Part shown: positions 54,591 through 64,000 of the stretch, piece after piece
Position numbering within the stretch: position 1 is the first letter of the stretch
Layout: the number at the start of each line of letters is the position of its first letter
Origin: the human T2T-CHM13v2.0 reference genome, Homo sapiens
Assembly: GCF_009914755.1 (NCBI RefSeq)
Contig: NC_060948.1
Direction: 5' to 3' (one strand)
Length of the DNA: 64,000 nucleotides
Notes under the pieces: model-generated
Database searches by the model: none
What the model saw: the letters and a program-made list of their open reading frames with translations, nothing else
Told to the model about the DNA's origin: nothing
Translations under genes and position numbers: made by a program

Positions 54591-57500
54591 AGGCCTGGAA
54601 TAAAGTGGAATGCTACGGTCTCGAATGGAATAAAAATGTATGGAATGGAATGCAATGAAACGGAATCGAATGTCATAGAATGTAATGGAATGCAACAAAA
54701 TGGAATCCAAAATCATTGACTGGAAAGGCTGGGTGTCGAAAGGAATTGACTCCAATGGAATGGACTCGAATGGAATGGAAGTGAATAGAATCGAACTAAA
54801 TCGAATGGAATGGAATTGATAGGAACGGAATGGAAAGGAATGCAATGATTTGGCATGGAATGGAATCGAATGGCATCGAATGGAATGGAATGGAATGTAA
54901 TGGAATGGAATGTATTAGAATGTAATGAGCTTTAATGGAATGTACTCGAATGGATTCGACTGGAATGGAATGTTCTGGAAGTGAATGGACTCCAATGGAA
55001 TGGATTCAAAAGGAATGGAATCGTACGGAATGGAATCTAATGGAATGGAATTAAATGGAAATGAATCAAATTGAATAGCACGGAATTGAATTGAATGGAA
55101 TGGAATGCAATGGAATCTAATGAAACGGAAAGGAAAGGAATGGAATGGAATGGGCTGGAATGGAAAGGAATCGAAACGAATGGAATGGAATCGAACTGAA
55201 GAGACTGGAATGGAATGCACTGGAATGGAAGGGAGTGTAATGGAAGGTTCTCGAAAAAAATGGAATCGAATGGAATGGAATTGAATGGAACGGAATAGAG
55301 TCGAATGGAATTGAATGGAATGGAATGGACTAGAGGGAAATGGAATCGAACCACAAGGAATGGACAGGAATAGAATGGTCTCGAATTGAATGGAATCGTA
55401 TGGAATGGCATCAAACGGAATGGAATGGACAGCCACGGAATGGAATGCACTCGAATGCAATGGAGTCGAAACTAATGGAATGGAATAGAATGGACTCGAC
55501 TGGTACGGACTCCAATGGAATGGAATCGAATGGAAGGGAATCGAACGGAATGGACTCGAAGGGAAAAGACTGCAATGGAAAGGTCTCGAATGGAATGGAA
55601 ATTAATGGAATGGAATGGAATCGAATGAAATGGAGTCAAAAGGAATGGAATCGAATGGCAAGAAATCGAATGTAATGGAATCGCAAGGAATTGATGTGAA
55701 CGGAACGGAATGGAATGGAATCCAAAGGAATGGAATAGAATGGAATGGAATCGAATGGAAAGGACTCGAATGGAAATCACTGGAATAGAATGCAATTTAA
55801 TAAAATAGGATCAAATGTAATGGAATGGAATGGAAAGGAATCGAAACGAAAGGAATGGAGACAGATGGAATGGAATAGAACAGAGAGCAATGGTATAGAA
55901 TGGAATGGAATCATCTGGAATGGAATTGAATGGAATGGAATAATATGAAATGGAATGGAATGGAATGGAATGGAATGCCCTTGAATTAAATGGACTGGAA
56001 TGGAATGGACTCGAACAGAGTGGAATGGAAAGTGTTGAGATAGAATGGAATGGACTCCTTTGGAATGGTGTAGTATGCAATGCAATCGACTGGCATGGAA
56101 TCAAAAGGAATGTAATGGAATGGATTGGACTGGAATGCAATGGACTCGAATAGATTGCAAACGGAATGCAAAGGAATGGAATGGAATAGTATGGAATGGA
56201 ATGGAAAGGAATGGAGTGGAATAGACTAGAGTGGAATGCAATGGACTGGAAAGCAATGGACTGGAATGGAACTTTCTTGAATGGACTGGAATCAAACGGA
56301 ATGGAATGCAATGCAATCAAATGGCATGGAATAAAATAGAATGAAAGAGAATCAAATGGAATTGAATCGAATGGAATCGAATGGATTGGAAAGGAATAGA
56401 ATGGAATGGAATGGAATTGACTCAAATGGAATGGACTAGAATGGAATGGATTCGAATGGAAGGCAAAGGAATGGAATCTATTGGAATGGACTGTAATGGA
56501 ATGGAATGGAAGGGATTGGAATGGACTCGAATGGAATGGACTGCAATAGAAAGGATTCGAATGGAATGAAAAAGAATTGAATGGAATAGAACAGAATGGA
56601 ATCAAATCGAATGAAATGGAATGGAATAGAAAGGAATGGAATGAAATGGAATGGAAAGGATTCGAATGGAATGCAATCGAATGGAATGGAATCGAACGGA
56701 ATGGAATAAAATGGAAGAAAACTGGCAAGAAATGGAATCGAAATGAATGGAGTGTTATGGAACGGACTCAAAAGGAATTGAATGTAATAGAATGGAGTGG
56801 AGTGGACTCGAATATAATGGACTGGAATGGAATGAAATCACATGGAATGGGAACGAATGGAATGGAATGGAAAGGAATGGAATCGAATGGAAAGGAATCG
56901 AATGGAAGGGAATGAAATTGAATCAACAGGAATGGAAGGGAATAGAATAGACGGTAATGGAATGGACTCGAATAGAATGGACACGAATGCTCAAATTGAA
57001 TGGACTCGAATGGAATGGAAACGAAAGGAATGTCATCGAATGGAATTGAATCGATTGGAATGAAATCGCATAGAATGGAGTGGAATCAAATGGAATTGAA
57101 TCGAAAGGAAAGGAAGCGAATGGACTGAAATGAAATGGAATGGAATTGAATGGAAAGTAATGCAATGGAATAGAATGGAACGAAATTTCACGGAATGGAA
57201 TCAAACTGAATGGAATCAAATCAATGGAATCTAATCAAATGGAATGGAAAGGAATTGAATGGAGTAGATTGGATTGGATGGGATTGGAATGAAATGTACT
57301 GGAAAGGACTCGAATTTCATGAAACGGCATGGAATGAATTGGAACGGAATGGACTCGAATGGAATGGAATGTCATGGAATGGCATCAAATGGAATGGCAT
57401 CAAATGGAATGGAATCGAATGCAATGGAATGCTATGGAATGGAATGGAATGCATTGGAATGGAATGTCCTCTAATGGAATGGATTCGAGTGGAATGGAAT

Positions 57501-58154
57501 CGAATATAATGGAGTCGAATGAAATGGAATTGAAAGGAATGGGATCGAATACAATGGAATATACTGGAATGTAATGTAATGAACTCGAATGTAATTGACT
57601 GGAATGGAATGTACATGAATGGAATGTAATCGAATGGAAAGTAATCCAATGGAATAGAATCTAATGCAATAAAACCGACTCAGATAGAGTAGAATGTAAT
57701 GGAATGGAGTGCAGTGCAATGGAAGGGAATGGAATTGAATGCAATGGAATGGAATGGAATGGAATGGAATGGAATGGAATGGAATGGAATGGGATGGAAT
57801 GGTATGGAATGGATAGTAATGGACTGGAGTGAAATGGACTGGAAAGGAATGGACTCAAATTGAAAGGGCTCGAAAGGAATGGAGTCAAATGGAATGGTCT
57901 GGAATGGAATGAACACGAAAGTAATGCAATCCAATAGAATGGAATCGAATGGCATGGAATATAAAGAAATGGAATCGAAGAGAATGGAAACAAATGGAAT
58001 GGAATTGAATGGAATGGAATTGAATGGAATGGGAACGAATGGAGTGAAATTGTATGCAGTAGAAGGGAATAGAATGTAATGTAAGCGAAAGGAAAGGAAT
58101 GGATTGGAATGGAATGGAATTCATTGGAATGGAAGGGAATGTAGTGTAATGGAC
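54591..58154 (+). repeat. DYZ1 unit 16 (3564 bp)
   Basis: Landmark spacing. Confidence 0.9.
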
Positions 58155-60215
58155 AGGCCTGGAATAAAGTGGAATGCTACGGTCTCGAATGGAATAAAAA
58201 TGTATGGAATGGAATGCAATGAAACGGAATCGAATGTCATAAAATGTAATGGAATGCAAAAAAATGGAATCCAAAATCATTGACTGGAAAGGCTGGGTGT
58301 CGAAAGGAATTGACTCCAATGGAATGGAATCGAATGGAATGGAAGTGAATAGAATCGAACTAAATCGAATGGAATGGAATTGATAGGAACGGAATGGAAA
58401 GGAATGCAATGATTTGGCATGGAATGGAATCGAATGGCATCGAATGGAATGGAATGGAATGCAATGGAATGGAATGTATTAGAATGTAATGAACTTTAAT
58501 GGAATGTACTCGAATGGATTCGACTGGAATGGAATGTTCTGGAAGTGAATGGGCTCCAATGGAATGGAATCAAAAGGAATGGAATCGTACGGAATGGAAT
58601 CTAATGTAATGGAATTAAATGGAAATGAATCAAATTGAATAGCACGGAATTGAATTGAATGGAATCGAATGCAATGGAATCTAATGAAACGGAAAGGAAA
58701 GGAATGGAATGGAATGGAATGGGCTGGAATGGAAAGGAATCGAAACGAATGGAATGGAATCGAACTGAAGAGACTGGAATGGAATGCACTGGAATGGAAG
58801 GGAGTGTAATGGAAGGTTCTCGAAAGAAATGGAATCGAATGGAATGGAATTGAATGGAACGGAATAGAGTCGAATGGAATTGAATGGAATGGAATGGACT
58901 AGAGTGAAATGGAATCGAACCACAAGGAATGGACAGGAATAGAATGGTCTCGAATTGAATGGAATCGTATGGAATGGCATCAAACGGAATGGAATGGACA
59001 GCCACGGAATGGAATGCACTCGAATGCAATGGAGTCGAAACTAATGGACTGGAATAGAATGGACTCGACTGGTACGGACTCCAATGGAATGGAATCGAAT
59101 GGAAGGGAATCGAACGGAATGGACTCGAAGGGAAAAGACTGCAATGGAAAGGTCTCGAATGGAATGGAAATTAATGGAATGGAATGGAATCGAATGAAAT
59201 GGAGTCAAAAGGAATGGAATCGAATGGCAAGAAATCGAATGTAATGGAATCGCAAGGAATTGATGTGAACGGAACGGAATGGAATGGAATCCAAAGGAAT
59301 GGAATAGAATGGAATGGAATCGAATGGAAAGGACTAGAATGGAAATCACTCGAATAGAATGCAATTTAATAAAATAGGATCAAATGTAATGGAATGGAAT
59401 GGAAAGGAATCGAAACGAAAGGAATGGAGACAGATGGAATGGAATGGAACAGAGAGCAATGGTATAGAATGGAATGGAATCATCTGGAATGGAATTGAAT
59501 GGAATGGAATAATATGAAATGGAATGGAATGGAATGGAATGGAATGCCCTTGAATTAAATGGACTGGAATGGAATGGACTCGAACAGAGTGGAATGGAAA
59601 GTGTTGAGATAGAATGGAATGGACTCCTTTGGAATGGTCTAGTATGCAATGCAATCGACTGGCAGGGAATCAAAAGGAATGTAATGGAATGGATTGGACT
59701 GGAATGCAATGGACAGGAATAGATTGGAAACGGAATGCAAAGGAATGGAATGGAATAGTATGGAATGGAATGGAAAGGAATGGAGTGGAATAGACTAGAG
59801 TGGAATGCAATGGACTGGAAAGCAATGGACTGGAATGGAACTTTCTTGAATGGACTGGAATCAAACGGAATGGAATGCAATGCAATCAAATGGCATGGAA
59901 TAAAATAGAATGAAAGAGAATCAAATGGAATTGAATCGAATGGAATCGAATGGATTGGAAAGGAATAGAATGGAATGGAATGGAATTCACTCAAATGGAA
60001 TGGACTAGAATGGAATGGATTCGAATGGAAGGCAAAGGAATGGAATCTATTGGAATGGACTGTAATGGAATGGAATGGAATTGAATGGAATGGGAACGAA
60101 TGGAGTGAAATTGTATGCAGTAGAAGGGAATAGAATGGAATGCAAGCAAAAGGAAAGGAATGGATTGGAATGGAATGGAATTCATTGGAATGGAAGGGAA
60201 TGTAGTGTAATGGAC
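58155..60215 (+). repeat. Truncated DYZ1 unit 17 (2061 bp; internal ~1.5-kb deletion)
   Basis: Landmark spacing of 2061; junction at 60068-60080 joins two normally distant parts of the unit. Confidence 0.92.
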
Positions 60216-63200
60216 AGGCCTGGAATAAAGTGGAATGCTACGGTCTCGAATGGAATAAAAATGTATGGAATGGAATGCAATGAAATGGAATCGAATGTCA
60301 TAGAATGTAATGGAATGCAACAAAATGGAATCCAATATCATTGACTGGAAAGGCTGGGTGTTGAAAGGAATTGACTCCAATGGAATGGAATCGAATGGAA
60401 TGGAAGTGAATAGAATCGAACTAAATCGAATGGAATGGAATTGATAGGAACGGAATGGAAAGGAATGCAATGATTTGGCATGGAATGGAATCGAATGGCA
60501 TCGAATGGAATGGAATGGAATGCAATGGAATGGAATGTATTAGAATGTAATGAACTTTAATGGAATGTACTCGAATGGATTCGACTGGAATGGAATGTTC
60601 TGGAAGTGAATGGACTCCAATGGAATGGATTCAAAAGGAATGGAATCGTACGGAATGGAATCTAATGGAATGGAATTAAATGGAAATGAATCAAATTGAA
60701 TAGCACGGAATTGAATTGAATGGAATGGAATGCAATGGAATCTAATGAAACGGAAAGGAAAGGAATGGAATGGAATGGAATGGGCTGGAATGGAAAGGAA
60801 TCGAAACGAATGGAATGGAATCGAACTGAAGAGACTGGAATGGAATGCACTGGAATGGAAGGGAGTGTAATGGAAGGTTCTCGAAAAAAATGGAATGGAA
60901 TGGAATGGAATTGAATGGAACGGAATAGAGTCGAATGGAATTGAATGGAATGGAATGGACTAGAGTGAAATGGAATCGAACCACAAGGAATGGACAGGAA
61001 TAGAATGGTCTCGAATTGAATGGAATCGTATGGAATGGCATCAAACGGAATGGAATGGACAGCCACGGAATGGAATGCACTCGAATGCAATGGAGTCGAA
61101 ACTAATGGACTGGAATAGAATGGACTCGACTGGTACGGACTCCAATGGAATGGAATCGAATGGAAGGGAATCGAACCGAATGGACTCGAAGGGAAAAGAC
61201 TGCAATGGAAAGGTCTCGAATGGAATGGAAATTAATGGAATGGAATGGAATCGAATGAAATGGAGTCAAAAGGAATGGAATCGAATGGCAAGAAATCGAA
61301 TGTAATGGAATCACAAGGAATTGATGTGAACGGAACGGAATGGAATGGAATCCAAAGGAATGGAATAGAATGGAATGGAATCGAATGGAAAGGACTCGAA
61401 TGGCAATCACTCGAATAGAATGCAATTTAATAAAATAGGATCAAATGTAATGGAATGGAATGGAAAGGAATCGAAACGAAAGGAATGGAGACAGATGGAA
61501 TGGAATGGATCAGAGAGCAATGGTATAGAATGGAATGGAATCATCTGGAATGGAATTGAATGGAATGGAATAATATGAAATGGAATGGAATGGAATGGAA
61601 TGGAATGCCCTTGAATTAAATGGACTGGAATGGAATGGACTCGAACAGAGTGGAATGGAAAGTGTTGAGATAGAATGGAATGGACTCCTTTGGAATGGTC
61701 TAGTATGCAATGCAATCGACTGGCAGGGAATCAAAAGGAATGTAATCGAATGGATTGGACTGGAATGCAATGGACTCGAATAGATTGGAAACGGAATGCA
61801 AAGGAATGGAATGGAATAGTATGGAATGGAATGGAAAGGAATGGAGTGGAATAGACTAGAGTGGAATGGAATGGACTGGAAAGCAATGGACTGGAATGGA
61901 ACTTTCTTGAATGGACTGGAATCAAACGGAATGGAATGCAATGCAATCAAATGGCATGGAATAAAATAGAATGAAAGAGAATCAAATGGAATTGAATCGA
62001 ATGGAATCGAATGGATTGGAAAGGAATAGAATGGAATGGAATAGAATGGACTCAAATGGAATGGACTAGAATGGAATGGATTCGAATGGAAGGCAAAGGA
62101 ATGGAATCTATTGGAATGGACTGTAATTGAATGGAATGGAAGGGATTGGAATGGACTCGAATAGAATGGACTGCAATAGAAAGGATTCGAATGGAATGAA
62201 AAAGAATTGAATGGAATAGAACAGAATGGAATCAAATCGAATGAAATGGAATGGAATAGAAAGGAATGGAATGAAATGGAATGGAAAGGATTCGAATGGA
62301 ATGCAATCGAATGGAATGGAATCGAACGGAATGGAATAAAATGGAAGAAAACTGGCAAGAAATGGAATCGAAATGAATGGAGTGTTATGGAACGGACTCA
62401 AAAGGAATTGAATGTAATAGAATGGAGTGGAGTGGACTCGAATATAATGGACTGGAATGGAATGAAATCACATGGAATGGGAACGAATGGAATGGAATGG
62501 AAAGGAATGGAATCGAATGGAAAGGAATCGAATGGAAGGGAATGAAATTGAATCAACAGGAATGGAAGGGAATAGAATAGACGGTAATGGAATGGACTCG
62601 AATAGAATGGACACGAATGCTCAAATTGAATGGACTCGAATGGAATGGAAACGAAAGGAATGTCATCGAATGGAATTGAATCGATTGGAATGAAATCGCA
62701 TAGAATGGAGTGGAATCAAATGGAATTGAATCGAAAGGAAAGGAAGCGAATGGACTGAAATGAAATGGAATGGAATTGAATGGAAAGTAATGCAATGGAA
62801 TAGAATGGAACGAAATTTCACGGAATGGAATCAAACTGAATGGAATCAAATCAATGGAATCAAATCAAATGGAACGGAAAGGAATTGAATGGAGTAGATT
62901 GGATTGGATGGGATTGGAATGAAATGTACTGGAAAGGACTCGAATTTCATGAAACGGAATGGAATGAATTGGAACGGAATGGACTCGAATGGAATGGAAT
63001 GTCATGGAATGGCATCAAATGGAATGGCATCAAATGGAATGGAATCGAATGCAATGGAATGCTATGGAATGGAATGGAATGCATTGGAATGGAATGTCCT
63101 CTAATGGAATGGATTCGAGTGGAATGGAATCGAATATAATGGAGTCGAATGAAATGGAATTGAAAGGAATGGGATCGAATACAATGGAATATACTGGAAT

Positions 63201-63794
63201 GTAATGTAATGAACTCGAATGTAATTGACTGGAATGGAATGTACATGAATGGAAGGTAATCGAATGGAAAGTAATCCAATGGAATAGAATCTAATGCAAT
63301 AAAACCGACTCAGATAGAGTAGAATGTAATGGAATGGAGTGCAGTGCAATGGAATGGAATGGAATTGAATGCAATGGAATGGAATGGAATGGAATGGAAT
63401 GGAATGGAATGGAATGGAATGGAATGGAATGGGATGGAATGGTATGGAATGGATAGTAATGGACTGGAGTGAAATGGACTGGAAAGGAATGGACTCAAAT
63501 TGAAAGGGCTCGAAAGGAATGGAGTCAAATGGAATGGTCTGGAATGGAATGAACACGAATGTAATGCAATCCAATAGAATGGAATCGAATGGCATGGAAT
63601 ATAAAGAAATGGATTCGAAGAGAATGGAAACAAATGGAATGGAATTGAATGGAATGGAATTGAATGGAATGGGAACGAATGGAGTGAAATTGTATGCAGT
63701 AGAAGGGAATAGAAAGGAATGCAAGCGAAAGGAAAGGAATGGATTGGAATGGAATGGAATTCATTGGAATGGAAGGGAATGTAGTGTAATGGAC
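60216..63794 (+). repeat. DYZ1 unit 18 (3579 bp)
   Basis: Landmark spacing. Confidence 0.9.
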
Positions 63795-64000
63795 AGGCCT
63801 GGAATAAAGTGGAATGCTACGGTCTCGAATGGAATAAAAATGTATGGAATGGAATGCAATGAAATGGAATCGAATGTCATAGAATGTAATGGAATGCAAC
63901 AAAATGGAATCCAATATCATTGACTGGAAAGGCTGGGTGTCGAAAGGAATTGACTCCAATGGAATGGAATCGAATGGAATGGAAGTGAATAGAATCGAAC
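63795..64000 (+). repeat. Partial DYZ1 unit (start)
   Basis: Begins at last AGGCCT landmark; runs off the window. Confidence 0.9.

Larger units (their letters stand above)
1..64000 (+). repeat. DYZ1: Human satellite III (HSat3) array, DYZ1 type (Yq12 heterochromatin), diverged (GGAAT)n with ~3.56-kb repeat unit
   Basis: Seen: continuous GGAAT pentamers and variants (TCGAA, TTGAA, TGCAA, GGACT) across the window. The landmark GGACAGGCCTGGAATAAAG recurs with AGGCCT at 1221, 4815, 8354, 11933, 15506, 19070, 22600, 26164, 29708, 33267, 36797, 40361, 43905, 47464, 51023, 54591, 58155, 60216, 63795. A conserved GAATTC lies 38 bp upstream of it (e.g. 1183-1188). Established: DYZ1 is a 3564-bp HSat3 unit released as a single fragment by HaeIII or EcoRI. 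HSat3 itself is near certain; the Y/DYZ1 assignment is from unit size and restriction pattern, not a database search. Confidence 0.93.

Noticed and set aside
276-63959. Hundreds of ORFs with MEWNG- or FHSIP-like repeats
   Set aside because: These are translations of (GGAAT)n and (ATTCC)n, which contain no stop codons in any frame. They overlap in multiple frames on both strands and recur with each unit, with no domain-like sequence.
1-64000. CRISPR-like or repeat-spacer array
   Set aside because: There are no unique spacers between conserved repeats and no cas-like ORFs; all sequence derives from the pentamer.
1-64000. Insertions (Alu, L1, DYZ2/HSat1B) or strand inversions
   Set aside because: I saw no non-satellite stretch and no switch to ATTCC on the + strand.
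1-64000. HSat2 assignment because TCGA-containing pentamers are common
   Set aside because: The CATTCGATTC-type ~23-26-bp HSat2 organisation is not evident. GGAAT runs dominate and the 3.56-kb period fits HSat3/DYZ1.

Overview
The whole window is human satellite III (HSat3): diverged (GGAAT)n pentamers, all in one orientation (GGAAT on +), organised into a ~3.56-kb repeat unit. Unit length (several are exactly 3564 bp), one StuI/HaeIII site (AGGCCT) per unit and one conserved EcoRI site per unit match DYZ1, the Yq12 heterochromatin repeat of the human Y. There are 19 landmark sites, giving 18 complete landmark-to-landmark units plus partial ends. I see no genes, RNA genes, mobile elements or DYZ2/Alu-type sequence; every listed ORF is a translation artefact of the pentamer. 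The informative signal lies in the variants: (i) three perfect heat-shock elements (nGAAnnTTCnnGAAn) at fixed positions in each unit, 47 intact by manual count; (ii) nested periodicity of 5 bp, 3.56 kb, ~7.1 kb and a near-perfect 14,197-bp tandem duplication; (iii) a ~1.5-kb deletion with 13-bp junction homology near 60,070; (iv) four fixed phase-shift sites that explain unit lengths mod 5; (v) a hypervariable pure-GGAAT tract; (vi) locally divergent patches and long-range shared variants. All counts and comparisons were made by eye and need confirming by alignment. I found no new protein-coding system. The best candidate for a function is the periodic HSE lattice.
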